Source of the DNA: Owenia fusiformis
Lineage: Eukaryota
Direction: 5' to 3'
Length of the DNA stretch: 64,000 bases
Assembly: GCA_903813345.2 (NCBI GenBank)
Contig: CAIIXF020000001.1
Coordinates: 2,232,001 to 2,296,000 of the forward strand
The position numbers and the translations under genes are program-made. A model generated the notes under the pieces. It had not been told where the DNA came from and searched no databases. It saw only the letters and a program-made list of their open reading frames with translations. Shown here piece after piece: positions 52,001-63,849 of the stretch; position 1 is the stretch's first letter; the number at the start of each line of letters is the position of its first letter.

Positions 52001-55000
52001 ATGTTTTGCTGGTTTTATTGGTAGATTGGTTGCTTGGTTATTTGGTTGTTTGCTTGATTGGTAGGATGGCTTGTCTGTTGAGTTGGAGGCCAGTTGGGTG
52101 TTTGGTTGTTTGGATTTTTCAGTGGCACATTTTAGGGCATAAATGAAAATAATCAAATTCCTAACCCTGCTAGGAATGTAAGGTACCCGGTCACCCGGCT
52201 ACCCGGTCACCCGGCTACCCGGTCACCCGGTTTTTTGCACAAACCCTTACCAAAAACTAGAGCAAAACGCCTTCTAACCCTAGAACACATAATTCAATCC
52301 CCCATTCTCACAGCCATAACCCAAGATGATGATACCTTCACTCACATTACCATTGACCCCACCTATATATACCATCTTTACCCCAAGATATCCATCACAA
52401 TAAAGGATCTGGAGCTCTGGGCAAGACGATACACTATACAGTACATGTATATGCACTACAGTGGGGGACAATAATAAAACTCAACGTTCACAAGTTGTCA
52501 CAATGAGCTAAATTCCAAGTTTCGTGTCTCAAACTCTCCCAAGCGGTAGAAAAATAATTCCCGTTCACTAAAGTAGCACAATAAATGAATCCAAAGCTTC
52601 ATACCTGCAAATAACGGATAAATCCCTACCAAATCGAATGAATGTTTTCATGAACGTAAAGGCTAGAGTACCGACAATTGTCGGTACTCTAGACTCTGAT
52701 GTGGTGGCACGCTAGAGTACCGACAAATAAATTGTCGGTACGGGAGATATGCTGTGTTTACACGCTAGAGGACCGACAAATATTGATTTTCGAATTTTCT
52801 GGCACATGCGCAATGCGCGGGGGGATATTTCAGATATCATACGGATATTTTGGGAACAAGTGCAAAACCAGGGGAGGGCATTAGCCCCGGTTACCCGGAG
52901 ATTACCAAACCCAGTCAAAAAATGGTAGCCCGGGAACAGGGAATGGTAATCTAGTAAATGTTGAAAACCCAATAAAAAACATGAACAAGTAAGACGTTAG
53001 AGAGCTATTAATGCAGAGTAAACGGCTATATATATTCTAAACAGACAGGCTATTTCTCCTGAGCCGATCAGGCGTAGGAAGGGGCGTTTGCGTACCCATT
53101 AGATAGATGAAAATAGCTAGAATGTTTTTTATTTGAAGCTTATCGTATGGTATGAGGTTCCATATCCATCCGCCAAAAGGTATGACCCCTATATAGTCCA
53201 TTTAAAAACCTGTGGTATCGTTCTAAATAACCCATAGTTGGCTTCTAGGGTACCTAGTATGCCACTATTTGGTATCAAAATAAAGAGGAGTTCAACTTTC
53301 ATTTGAATTACGAAAATAGCGATGTAGGTCAAAATAGTTCCGAACGTGAGCATGTTTACTACGCGTTTGCCCGTCATATCAGAATTGAGGAAGTGGTAGC
53401 AAACACGAGTTACAATAAACGGACGCTGATTTCTCAAAAAGTAACCTGACTCCCTATAATTTGATGTAGGTCAATCGAACCCCTATATGGACAGGTGCAT
53501 TTTGATATATAACACTATGGGGGGTAAGCGTTTCATAGTTGGTCATGAACGCCATATGTGCAAAGTATTGTTATGAATTTTCGAATTTGGTGTTGGATTA
53601 CGGTACTCATACCTTATAGCACAATTTTTGATGGAAGTTGCATTTGGCTCCCTTAGTTAATGGCCACGATTCCATCTCGCATGAGAGAGCTACCAAACGC
53701 AAAGTGAACAGTGATATATTCCAAATGAGATATTTCTCCTGTGCCATGGCGTAGTAAGGGTAGAGGTCGACGGGGGCGAAAGCATCCCCTCCCCTAACTG
53801 TGTATATCGACCCATTAGATAGAACAAGAAAAGAGCTTTAAAATGTTTTTTAATTGAAGCTTGTAGGACAATTTTGATGGAAGTTGAATCAATTTTTGTC
53901 GAAATAAATTATGGCTCACTACAAGTTAATGTCTGTACGATTCAATACTGCAAAAGAAGCACTATGCCCCCCCCCCCTCAAAAGAAAAAAGTAAGACCGG
54001 GATTCGAACTCGGGACCAAGTGTGTTCGAGTCGTACTCGCTAACCACTAGACTAGCAGTGATGAGGTTATCTCTAAAAGTAAAAGTAGTGCATTTATTTA
54101 TGAAATTGTCGGCTCTCTAGCAAAAACACGTAGCAGCCACTTGCGTACCGACAATTGTCGGTTCTCTATCTGGCACTACTAGGTGACGATAGAGTGCCGA
54201 CAATTGTCGGTACCCAAGCAAATACCCCTGGACATTCTCCAGTACCGACAATTGTCGGTCCTGGAGCCACTCCGTTTCATGAATCGCCATGTTTGTTATC
54301 CAAGGACGGTTGACTCCCACGGAACAGCATTTTGAAAGCTGGCACGTGTCATGTTGCATTCTGGGAGCCAATCCTCCGTTCCGGCGCAATCGGGCGACAA
54401 AATCACCTCAACATTTGAAGAGTCGGCATAACATGTGAATATCCACTTCAACTTTTTAAGTTCTTATTTGTCATTATGGACACAAATTCCACTATATTTG
54501 GACTTACTAAGACGGAGAAAATAGAGCACTGAATACACTGAGGTAAGAATTTATTACATGTGCGACAGCATGTAATTTTCATAGCTTTTGCAATTCTTTA
54601 TGATCCCCAATGTACACACGAAGTGTTTGTTTACACTTGGACTTACCACAGTAACAAAAAGCCTAACAGGCCAAAAATTAAGAAACACTTAAACTAGACT
54701 GCACAACAAGTGCTGCCGCAAACAAATAAGGACAAGAACAAGAGCCCCCCTGACTGAAAACCGAAATTTTTGGGGATCGCACCCCCCCCCGGACTGAAAG
54801 CTGGCTACGCCCCTGTATGTGCACTATAATTGGTAATGGAATAATCAAACGACTTACTTCATCTCCCCATTTCAGCTCTGGCTTACATGTGTCCTTTAAT
54901 TTATTCCATTGGTGAATAAATTGTTGAACACCATGTTTTCTAACATGATCACACCATTTCTTCGTTTCTTCCCATGATAAAGGCGATCCTTCGGATAGCA

Positions 55001-55007
55001 AGCCCAT
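28062..55007 (-). CDS. GCLC: Glutamate--cysteine ligase catalytic subunit, 14 exons, about 673 aa
   Basis: Exons 55007-54858, 50394-50285, 49978-49859, 47057-46992, 38759-38634, 37907-37849, 37180-36963, 36586-36470, 36278-36140, 35096-34984, 29664-29467, 29121-28927, 28597-28477, 28351-28062. They sum to 2022 nt in frame. Motifs [68 protein letters not shown]...GWRVEFRP. Confidence 0.96.
30592..31078 (-). mobile_element. Second copy of the 24918-family HINE-like element, nested in the Academ-type element
   Basis: Reverse complement of both ends (TTATGTCACCAACAAAAAGTGGTGACATA ... GGTGGTGACATTTTGTCATGTTAATGCCTTGT) with degenerate copies of the 136-bp unit. Confidence 0.75.
31366..33880 (+). 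pseudogene. Frameshifted transposon protein remnant with XPG/PIN-like nuclease motifs
   Basis: Fragments [57 protein letters not shown] (~32301), [16 protein letters not shown] (~32384), [20 protein letters not shown] (~33303) and [22 protein letters not shown], interrupted by stops, frameshifts and an insertion. Confidence 0.75.
32499..33241. mobile_element. Non-autonomous Kolobok-like element nested in the transposon ORF
   Basis: TTAA at 32495-32498 and 33242-33245; TIR AGGTGCAACAA / TTGTTGCCCCT. Removing the element rejoins ...[17 protein letters not shown] related fragment is present in reverse orientation at about 55903-55975. Confidence 0.7.
35518..36012. mobile_element. Hairpin-ended non-autonomous element of unknown class
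   Basis: About 145-bp imperfect hairpin at 35524-35668, plus inverted repeat TTTCTCATATGAC (~35669) / GTCATATGAGAAA (~36000). Confidence 0.5.
37543..37663. repeat. 16-bp minisatellite (GAACACCTCTCAATGT) x about 7, inside a MITE
   Basis: Perfect tandem copies. The same motif occurs once at about 15414 in a related element. Confidence 0.9.
39784..40289. repeat. Degenerate 16-bp minisatellite (AGTATTGAGAGGCTCC)n, about 31 copies
   Basis: Visible 16-bp period; explains the repetitive ORFs at 40005-40362. Confidence 0.9.
40288..40672. mobile_element. Truncated copy (one arm) of the 45265-46114 foldback element
   Basis: Near-identical to 45751-46114 and ends GCATAGGGTG. A short residual hairpin remains at 40290-40348. 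Confidence 0.85.
41300..44149 (+). CDS. Secreted cysteine-rich protein with 5 antistasin-like repeats, 3 other Cys-rich modules and a C-terminal WAP domain (putative protease inhibitor), about 305 aa, nested in GCLC intron 4
   Basis: Exons 41300-41369 (signal peptide [23 protein letters not shown]), 42191-42291, 42460-42535, 42822-43076, 43201-43379, 43590-43680 and 44004-44149 sum to 918 nt in frame. Antistasin pattern e.g. [67 protein letters not shown] at 44391. Confidence 0.88.
41974..42141 (+). mobile_element. Short degenerate copy of the 24918-family HINE-like element
   Basis: ACAAGGCATCTTAATCATAAGAAAATGTCGCC ... TTATGTCACCATTTCTTTGTGACATAA. Confidence 0.6.
45265..46114. mobile_element. 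850-bp foldback MITE with CAC...GTG termini and 5-bp TSD
   Basis: Two arms of about 415 bp in inverted orientation around a short loop near 45690; TSD CTTAA at 45260-45264 and 46115-46119. Confidence 0.88.
46559..46694 (+). mobile_element. Minimal copy of the 24918-family HINE-like element with no internal array
   Basis: ACAAGGCATTAACATGCAAAATGTCACCACC ... ATGTCCCCACTTCTGGGGGTGACATAA. Confidence 0.7.
46822..46969. repeat. AT-rich minisatellite of about 18-22 bp (ATATCAGRTATCATGWAWA)n
   Basis: About 7 degenerate copies immediately next to GCLC exon 4. Confidence 0.8.
47347..47551. mobile_element. 205-bp MITE with 5-bp TSD
   Basis: TIR CAGTGATCTCC / GGAGATCACTG; AAATG at 47342-47346 and 47552-47556. 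Confidence 0.7.
50860..52246. mobile_element. Non-autonomous Mutator-like element in GCLC intron 1
   Basis: TIR GGGTTTGT...AAAAACCGGGTGACCGGGTA and its reverse complement with subterminal 18-bp repeats; 9-bp TSD TTACCAAAA at 50851-50859 and 52247-52255. Confidence 0.82.
52661..54268. mobile_element. Probable non-autonomous DNA transposon with repeated terminal palindrome (TACCGACAATTGTCGGTA)
   Basis: GGCTAGAGTACCGACAATTGTCGGTAC at the left and GTACCGACAATTGTCGGTCCTGGAGCC at the right. The palindrome is repeated 2-3 times at each end. No TSD found. Confidence 0.55.
53995..54055 (-). other. tRNA-derived (SINE-head or pseudo-tRNA) sequence
   Basis: Minus strand reads TAGTCTAGTGGTTAG (A-box-like) ... 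CCCGAGTTCGAATCCCGG (B-box/T-arm-like). Acceptor and anticodon stems do not pair well. Confidence 0.5.
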
Positions 55008-55296
55008 TGTACACTTCCTTACTTACTAATGTGATACATGCACTCGATTCTAACTAACATTCAAGTCCTATATGCTGCTAAATTGATTACACAATCGTGA
55101 ATAGCAAATTCAGACTTTTAATCCAGAAACTTGTTTGGTCACGTGATCACCATGATGCAGCATTCTGTGTCACACTGGCCATACCATGTTCATGTAATTT
55201 GTCACGGGACATGTACAGGTAGGCCGATGTGAAAGAAATTATGGTCCCCGGGGATTATGGTCCACCATCTTAACGGCCCTGATGACCCTGATTGTG

Positions 55297-55800
55297 GGCT
55301 TTGTATAAAAAACCTCCTACCTCATACCCACCTACCCACCTACGTGGGACATGATACAGCCTTTGGAGGGTTCAATTTTAAAGATCTTAGTTTATTAAAT
55401 CTTAGTTTATGATGAATTATAGATGCATTTGTAAGGACGACCCTTGATAGCAAGTTGCTACTACATCCCAGCTGGGTTCAATTCCCACTCGGGGCATCGA
55501 ATTTAGCACACTTTCTTTCAATTTCTTTATCTGGCTTGTTAGACCTAGATGCTCATGGTCGTTAGTAATTTGTTCCCCTGGGGCGCCCTTGGGTCATTAC
55601 ACATTGAAATGCATCAATATGCCTTTATTTATGGATCTGTCATCTCTCTAGTCATAAAATAAAGCCAGAATTGTAGAAATGTTAATAATTTGAGCTATGT
55701 TGAGATTTAATAATCTTTAAAATTGAACCCTTCAATGACTTTATCATGTTCCACGTAGGTGGGTAGGTGGGTATGAGGTAGGAGGTTTTTATACAAAGCC
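55297..55800. mobile_element. 504-bp Mutator-like MITE just upstream of GCLC
   Basis: About 90-bp TIRs (GGCTTTGTATAAAAAACCTCCTACCTCATACCC...) and 9-bp TSD CTGATTGTG at 55288-55296 and 55801-55809. Confidence 0.85.
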
Positions 55801-57018
55801 CTGATTGTGTATAAGATAATAAGGGAAAGAGGTCACCATATAAATCAATGGAGAGTGGGGCCATAAATTGATAGGACCTCCTACCATTTACATCTACCCT
55901 GCATGCAGAGTCTAGTTAAACTACTTAAGACGAAGCACTCTTTTAAGAAGCGAAGTCAAACGAATGCAAAGGGTATTTTACATCGAGCATGAAGGCTACA
56001 AGGAATAGTTAATATGGCTTGTGATATTCACGGGAGTAAGTCCCCTTTCTTTCATATTCTCTACATTTGATAAGACTCCCGACTTCCCATATTTCTAGAA
56101 ATTTCTGCGCCTGCATAAAAAAACTATGGTTGTTTTTATCCCTATTTCTCACCCATTAATCCAATAGAGACTAGAATGTTAAATAAAGCGAATATAAAGC
56201 GTTTATTAACCTTTATTTAAAATGCTTCTGAGATGAGAATGGTATTCCCCGTGTTATACTTAAAAGTGATTGCATCATGAACATGGCGTTTGATGGATTG
56301 TTTATTTACTTGAACAATGATGCCGAGAGCCAATAGATAAAATTGACATCTGTTGAGCACTGACTAGGGTGTTTTACTGGGTCTAGAAAGAAGATCTTCA
56401 GGGAAAATAATTATTTCGTTTCATTTCAGTAATTGAGTTTAGATACAGCACAATAGAAGTGCGAACGTTAATTTAATTATCTCCACGTTCGCATTTTGTA
56501 ACTAGCCAGTTTTCCCCAAACTACCATGCACGGGAGTTCGAGTTTTCCCTTTTCTATAGACGTCCATTAAACTAATCTACATTTGTTAGTGTGTAGTTCG
56601 TTGTTCCGTGAATATTATTCAAACCTCCCATGCATTTAAGCATAGAGTAAAGAGTATATAAAGCAAAAAACTGTGAAAAAATAAAATCAAAGCTTTCCTA
56701 ATAAATACTTAGTCTTTACATTACACTCCCTTCCTGTTTGGTTTGGCAACCAAACGTCTTCATTTGATATGTTAAACCCATTGTGGGATCCACAGCCTTT
56801 ACTATCCTTTTGGAATAGTTCTCAAAAGCGTTAGGTAAAGAGGGACTCTGATAAATTAGAATGTGTTAAACCCTGTTAAATAATGCCTAACATGATAATC
56901 GATCCAGAAGGAGACTTCCCGTTGTCCACTTATGAAGAGGGGTGTACTACAAGTAAGTGTTCGGATTGAAAATTATAACTAAAGTACACTGACTTATGAA
57001 GAGGAAATGGTTAGGATG

Positions 57019-58023
57019 CAGTGGCGAATCCAGAAACAAAGTAACAAGGAGGGGGCAAATTTTGAGTCTAGAAAAAAACTTAGGCCCCTAAAACCAAAAA
57101 TTGGGCCTAAATTTTTAAACTCAAAGGCCCATATTGTAATAAAATTGGCTCTTAAAAGGCTCTTATTTTTAGGCCCTACAAAATTTTTGGGCCCAAATTT
57201 TTTTAAAGCCCTTAATGTTTTTCTTGGCTCACAAAAGGGGGGGGGGCATGGCGTCAGTGGGATGTGCATGTGTTATGCTATGGATAAACTATAAGTGCTG
57301 GGTTTTAGGTGAATGAACAGCCGAGGGGATTGGTTCAAGGCTATTAGTTCTCCTAAGACCCAGTTACTAATGGTTTATGGTTTATAAAAGGTAAATGGCC
57401 CTTCCAATTTTAGTGAAATTTGATTTCTTTTGTATTGACTATTCAACTATTGAATGAGTGACAATTCTTTATACAGTTTTAACAAACTGGAACTAGTGTG
57501 TTCTTTTTTTAAAGAATTGATACTTGGCAAGCTAACCAAAACAAGTTTGGCACAAAAGAGGATTGACTGTCTCATGGAGTGCACTAAAGCTGAACTGATT
57601 ACATCCTATTCAGCCAGGGGGCTGTGATCGCTGTGAGACTATAGTAAATGCTGAAATGCTGTTTACAAACTAGAAATATGTTGTTCTTTTAATCTCTGCT
57701 TTCAATGCCATTCGATAGTCAATACCCACTTGGCACTGGCCGATCTGGGTGGGGGCTGGGGGCTCTTGGGTGGGCCCAGAAAAAAAATTGGTCTCATAAG
57801 AATTTGGGCCAAAAAAGACCTTAAGGTCCCAAAAAGTGGCCTTTTTGGTTATCACTGGGCCTTTTAAGACCTTATATTTTAATTTCAGGCCTGATTTTGA
57901 AGAAAATGGGCCTCAATATTTGGGCCCACTTTTAGGTTTTAGGGGCCAAAAAAATTTCGTCCCAAGCGCGAGTTTTTTTTGAAATTTGCCCCCCCCCCTT
58001 GTTGGTTCCCAGATCCGCCCCTG
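57019..58023. mobile_element. GGCCC-rich MITE-like sequences with CAG(T/G)GGCG ends
   Basis: CAGTGGCGAATCCAG at 57019 and CCAGATCCGCCCCTG ending 58023, with related inverted internal sequence. No matching TSD, so these may be two separate fragments. Confidence 0.45.
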
Positions 58024-58449
58024 TTTGGGGATCAACAATTACTGAGTTCGATAAGATATACCTGTTTAAAGATTAAGTTTACATTTTATAATATATACTC
58101 ATAGAAATATCTAATTTCTAAATTTGGTTCTGCATTATTCCCGTATTCAAGCGTTATATTTTCCTGATAAAATTCCGAACGTCCTCGTGTCGCAAAGTTT
58201 GATACGTTCAAGATTCTGGTGCAAGATATAGGAAAAATAATTTTTAGAGGTTAGGAATCATTTCCCATTCTTTTTGTCGATTTCATGCACTAATCATCGA
58301 TAAGGGATACGAATATAGGAGGCTTGACAACTGCGTGTAAGGTAGGTGTTTCCATACGGTTTGTTAGATTTAGGTCGGTAGAAGTTTCTTTTGAATTTTG
58401 AAATTATTTTCTTTGAAAAATATTTTCATTTTTTTGAATTTGTCAAACA

Positions 58450-59062
58450 CTAGCCTAGCGTTACTTCCTGCGAAAGCTATTTGGATTTTGATATAATAGC
58501 TTTCCCACGGAGCATTTGGACAGCTCAATGATCGTGACCTTTGAAATCGAATTAAGTCGATCCGCGGCTTACTTTTGGTCTCTAACTGTGTCTTACATCA
58601 GTATCATCAATCCATGTAAGTATTGGAGCGCTGGAGTACTTCTTTTTCGATCAAGACTTGTAATTGTTAGTCGATGGAATCGTTTTACTGCCAAATTCCA
58701 ATATGGCGGTTTCTGCTCGGACATTTTCGTAAATCTCCGGAGGTTGTCCGAACCTAACTAATTCTCAAAATTCATTTCGTTCGTTGCGTATCTCGCACCT
58801 AGCAAACCGCCATATTGGAAATAGGTCTGTAAAACTTTAACTCGATGAAAAATTTACAAGTCTTGATCGAAAAAGAAGTACTCCAGCGCTCCAATACTTA
58901 CACGGATTGATGATACTGATGTAAGACACAATTAGAGACCAAAAGTAAGCCGCGGATCGACTTAATTCAATTTCAAAGGTCACTATTGATCAGCTGTTCA
59001 CTTCTCCGTTTGAGAGCCATAAGTTTCAAAATCTAACATGGCTCTCGAAGTGAGTAAGCCTA
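58450..59062. mobile_element. Foldback/MITE-like inverted-repeat element
   Basis: Near-perfect inverted repeat of about 130 bp (58535-58663 vs 58853-58982) with more degenerate outer and inner extensions. Confidence 0.7.
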
Positions 59063-59166
59063 GCGGCATTATAGCGCATTAAAGGATACAAACAAACAAA
59101 CACTGGAGTAAGTCAAACCCCTCTCTATTGTACCCTAATATAGGGAGAGGGGATGGGGTGACTTAC

Positions 59167-59690
59167 CTAAGTTCTTCGCCATCTAAAATGTCACTCGACT
59201 TTTTTGTGATTATGAGTCAAAGAAAGCATTCTTGAGTTTCAAATTGACTTCTGTGGTAGCTTGAAACCATCTTCTAATTTATTCCACTTACCTTTTATTG
59301 TTTCTCCAAATATATTCTTTGAAAATCGGATTTTAAGGGTGTTAATCAGGGTAATTCTGTTCCATTTTATCAAAAATCTTGTTGGTATCTAGAATCGAGC
59401 AATTGTGATCTTGTTGTTACCTAGGAACGAGCAACCGTGATGTCACGTCACACTCATGTTAATTCTGGAATCACATGGCAGCCATTTTGGAAATTTCAAA
59501 AAAGTTCCCAATTAAAAAGGCTAAATGCTGTTTACAAATTGGAAACTATGGCAGAATCAACAAAGGGTTTGTGAAATAATTAGGATATGGTTTCAAAATT
59601 ATGCACATGACAATATATGACTACTTAATGCAGGTAGGGACTTTTAATTGCCAAAAAGTCGAGTGACATTTTAGCTGGCGAAGAACTTAG
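59167..59690. mobile_element. MITE-like element with about 38-bp TIRs
   Basis: CTAAGTTCTTCGCCATCTAAAATGTCACTCGACTTTTT / AAAAAGTCGAGTGACATTTTAGCTGGCGAAGAACTTAG; TSD not evident. Confidence 0.7.
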
Positions 59691-60335
59691 TCTTTATCCA
59701 ACAGACAGACTGATAAACTGGTCAGGTGGGCATCAACATGGCAAATGAAATTCCATCCATCAAAATGCTATGTGCTAAATAATCACAATATAAATGTTGT
59801 TTCCGGTAGTCTGTAAAACATGTATCGAAACGGAATCATAATTATTTATTACACAAAGATCGATTCCAAAGCCGTTCCCTCATACTAATCACTTTTCTCA
59901 TTTTAAAACAATAACTTTTCCAAATAACTTCCCTTCTTAACGACACTGCTTCCCTTTCAACTGAATCTTCGTGTAACAAATACTTATGATTTCGTTTTGA
60001 TATAGTTTTGCATCTAGACTCAGATTAACCCGGAAGTGACCTTGGTATGGAAAAATGAAAAAAATTTAAAATTCAAGCGGCATGCTTATATTTCTTCAAT
60101 TACCAAGCATTTTACGTGCCTAAGGTAAGATTAGATACTTTATAGTTGAAGCAAAGAAATTTATTTATCATTTATGTGAATTTGGTTGGGTAGACAGGCC
60201 AGGAAAGCATTTCCCGCAATATAGATGCACCTAGTGTGTATGACCCTTGTATGCAAGAAAAAATAATGATCCAAATCAGAAAAAATAACAACAAATAACA
60301 TCATACGAGGGTCAGATTTATATGACTATTTACGC

Positions 60336-60408
60336 TGGACTACACATATTAAAACTATTGTATCCAAAGCCAATAAGGTGCTTGGATTTCTCACTCGCAA
60401 CCTCCATC
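60336..60408 (+). mobile_element. Short LINE RT C-terminal remnant
   Basis: Translates WTTHIKTIVSKANKVLGFLTRNL, typical of the post-RT region of CR1/L2-group LINEs. Confidence 0.55.
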
Positions 60409-60799
60409 AATTAGCAATGGACAACAAATAGATGGCGCGTTTTCGCGGGAAATTTTATTCACTAAAAAATTGACCCGCTTTTATATGCAATTTTGATCTC
60501 TCATGTTAAAAGTTAATTTGCTGTTACTTTCAAATTAATGTATATTTATGAAACCAAATATGCTATTGAGAACTTCTTCATACGATGTCTGTTGCATTTG
60601 CACTTATTAGACACATTTTAAAAGATTGTTATTGTCACATGATTAGTTTGTTGTTGTTCTCCCGATGGAGGATGGAGATCAATGTGGATAGGTTGGTATG
60701 ATTATTTGACAATTGCCACTGCTATAATTCATTAATAATTACAGGTGCCCCAATCTATTATCATCAGATAATCACTTTGACTTCTTGCAGTCTCATCTC

Positions 60800-61425
60800 T
60801 CTTGATGCCCCATACTGTACTGTAAGTTTATCATTGATGACCCATACTATTGATCACTTGATGCCCCATACTATTGATCATTTGATATACCATACTATTG
60901 ACCACTTGATTTCTCACATTATTGATCACTTGATGACAGATGTCCCACACTGTTGATACCTTGATATCCCATACTATTGATCACTTGATGTCCCATGCTG
61001 TTGATCACTTGATGTCCCATATTATTGATCACACTGTTAATTACTTCCTATACTGTTGATCACTTGATGTTCCATATTTTGATCAGTTACTGCCCCATAT
61101 TGTTTATTACTTACTGCCCATCACTTACTGCCCAATATTTATGATCAATTGATGTCCCATACTATTTAACACTTACTACCCCATGCCATTGATCACTTAA
61201 TTTGCCACACTGTTAATTACTTGATTCCCAAACTTATTATTTATTATTGATCATCCTGGACTGTTAATTACTTGATATCCAGTACTGTTGATCACTTAAT
61301 GTCCCATACTGTTCAGATCACTTGATGTCCCATACCATTGATCACTTGTTGCCCCATACTATTGGTTAGTTGATGTCCCATACCACTGATCACTTGATGT
61401 CTCATACCATTGATTTCTTGATGTA
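60800..61425. repeat. Degenerate 24-bp minisatellite (CATACTRTTGATCACTTGATGTCC)n
   Basis: More than 20 imperfect copies; explains the GMGHQVIN-like ORF at 61313-61510. Confidence 0.85.
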
Positions 61426-63084
61426 GCATGCTTGTTTTACTTCCGCCAACAGTAACACTAGGTTGTATCATCCTTCTAAGTTCATACAACTTACTCGAGT
61501 CTCTAGCCAAGTAATTCCATCTGGAACACCATGAACTATTGTAAAATTTCTAGCCGGGATTAAATAAATTTAAGTAATATTCTTAAAACTGTCATGTTAA
61601 TTAATATTTCATGAATTGAAATGGTAATGGATTGTCTTGATTGATGAGATATTGAAGTTTTCATTTAAAATAGAATTTGTCCTATTTTAAGCTTACATAT
61701 AGATGGCAGCTTAGTCAACAGGCAAATGGTGGAAATCAGATCTGTAAAAAACAAGGTCAATTTGACATACTAGTACTCTTGAAAATTTGACTAGACTATT
61801 TTTAAAAACTACCAAAATGATGATTATGATGAAAATGAAGGGAAGTTTTCAGAATGTTTCCTTTCATGAATATATATAATATATTACAGGGACCTCAAAA
61901 ATAGAACCACCAAAACTTTAATAATTTCTTTGATATCTGTGTAATCAACATATTATTTTAAAGTACAAAAACATAGCTCTATGTATGATAAATGTAACAT
62001 ACGAGCGTATAGTCGTTTCACAAATTTTTAGCCTACTTTCACAAGGCAATATTCTCAACATTAAGTAACTTCCCAAAATGCAACTTTTCACCTTGTAGAA
62101 TTATCCGGGAAATTTCAAATAATCGATTCTGAAAATTCCATATCCAATAATTGGAAAGGTCTTAATCTGTAATTTCAAATGTAGCATTTTTTGTAGCAAA
62201 TTCTCCTATTTATACAAAATATAAAAATAAACCTAAATTGAATTTTTTATTCATTAAAATCATAGAAACATATTTACATAATAATGATAAAGACAGAAGC
62301 AATAATATCCTTCTTTTTTCTCAATGTTACATTAAACACTAACATACAAGATACCAGTGCATTAAATCACCCCACAATTCTTTTCACACATAGCAACAGA
62401 ATTGAAAATCCTGTATTGGAAATGATTTCCTCCCTCTTAATCATCCTGATATTACCTAACTAATGACAAAATGAATAGCAAACAAAGCTAATGAGTACCA
62501 TATTGTTCACTCTGTGTCTTGTTTTGTGTTTCCAACAATACGTGTATAGTATTAACTAGCTAGAGTGTTTTCATTCAAAGTATATAGTACATGACTGTCA
62601 ATGAGACATCAATAATTCTGAATTGTTAATTCAAAGAGGTGTTACATTACATGGAATTATAGTGGGGGATTCTTCTCATTGTTCACCTGTACAGGTTATC
62701 AATGTGGCTATTAAAAGAGTAACTAACTGTAACATTGAATATAAATGTTGGCTCATATTACCACTATAATGAAATTTTGGTATGTTGCAGTTTATTAGAT
62801 GCCTACATAGTCAAGCCTTTGGCTAAAATACAACACAACAATTTGAATGTGGACAAGGTTAAACATCAACATCCGCCTGTGAGACATTTGGCAGTTAAAC
62901 AAGTAATTTCAACAAATATCAGTACCTCAGACAGACATTCATATATATACAAAGTGGATACAGCTGGTTATTTCTAGTCTGTGACATCAGACGGAATCTC
63001 AATGACATCACGACACAATCCGAGCAGGAATAAATTATAAGGATGATTCTTATATAAAACTGTCAGTACATATGAGCAGTTAAC

Positions 63085-63239
63085 ATGAGAGAGGAAGATA
63101 TTGAAACTGCCATCAAGGTGGTTGTTGTCGGAAATGGAGCAGTGGGGAAGTCAAGTATGATACAGAGATACTGTAAGGGAATATTTACAAAGGACTACAA
63201 AAAAACCATTGGAGTAGACTTCCTTGAAAGACAAATCGA
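63085..63239 (+). CDS. RAB23: Ras-related protein Rab-23, first coding exon (gene continues beyond the window)
   Basis: MREEDIETAIKVVVVGNGAVGKSSMIQRYCKGIFTKDYKKTIGVDFLERQI followed by GTAAGT; P-loop GNGAVGKS and switch I TIGVDF. Too short to appear in the ORF track. Confidence 0.93.
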
Positions 63240-63735
63240 GTAAGTATATGCATATTTCATTATTTTTTTATGTGTCACAATTTGCAAACAGTTGTTTTTA
63301 TCTCAATGAGCATGTGAAAATACAATATGGGGTTATGAATCGTGATATATCTTGATTAGAAATTCTTAGGAATGTCTGCCTGAATACTCCTGGGCAATAT
63401 ATAATTAATACTTAGGCTGGGTCACTTTGACCCTCAACATGCGATTGCAGAGAAATTAGTTAAATGATTTTCTAGATATTTTCATAATATGATATGATTT
63501 AAGATATGATTTCAAAGTATACTTTCAAGAGAATATGTTATCCCAGTAGGCCACAGTCCCTTAGGAAAGTATTCAAAGTACCCCCCACCCAACCCCAATA
63601 GAGCTACCCCCCCCCCCCATTCATACTCCTATTTGTACTAAAAATGTATAACCACCCCATATGTATAACCACCCCATACCATTATTCAATTATGCCTATT
63701 AGGATAGATAAAAAGCATATTATACAAGTGTGCTT

Positions 63736-63849
63736 TCAATGCATCCAACAGAATGGTACAGACATAGGTTCCCATTGTTGAGCCTGAAGGACCATCAATG
63801 CATCCAACAGAATGGTACAGACATAGGTTCCCATTGTTGAGCCTGAAGA
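63736..63849. repeat. 59-bp tandem duplication in RAB23 intron
   Basis: TCAATGCATCCAACAGAATGGTACAGACATAGGTTCCCATTGTTGAGCCTGAAG occurs twice, at 63736 and 63795. Confidence 0.85.

Noticed and set aside
53995-54055. Functional tRNA gene
   Set aside because: A- and B-box-like motifs are present but I could not build a full cloverleaf, and it sits inside a repeat.
56480-56960. Possible decayed L1/Tx1-type LINE 3' fragment on the minus strand
   Set aside because: Only vague peptide resemblance with many stops; it cannot be supported without a search.
61313-61510. GMGHQVIN repeat protein
   Set aside because: It is the translation of a 24-bp minisatellite whose frame breaks outside the short ORF.
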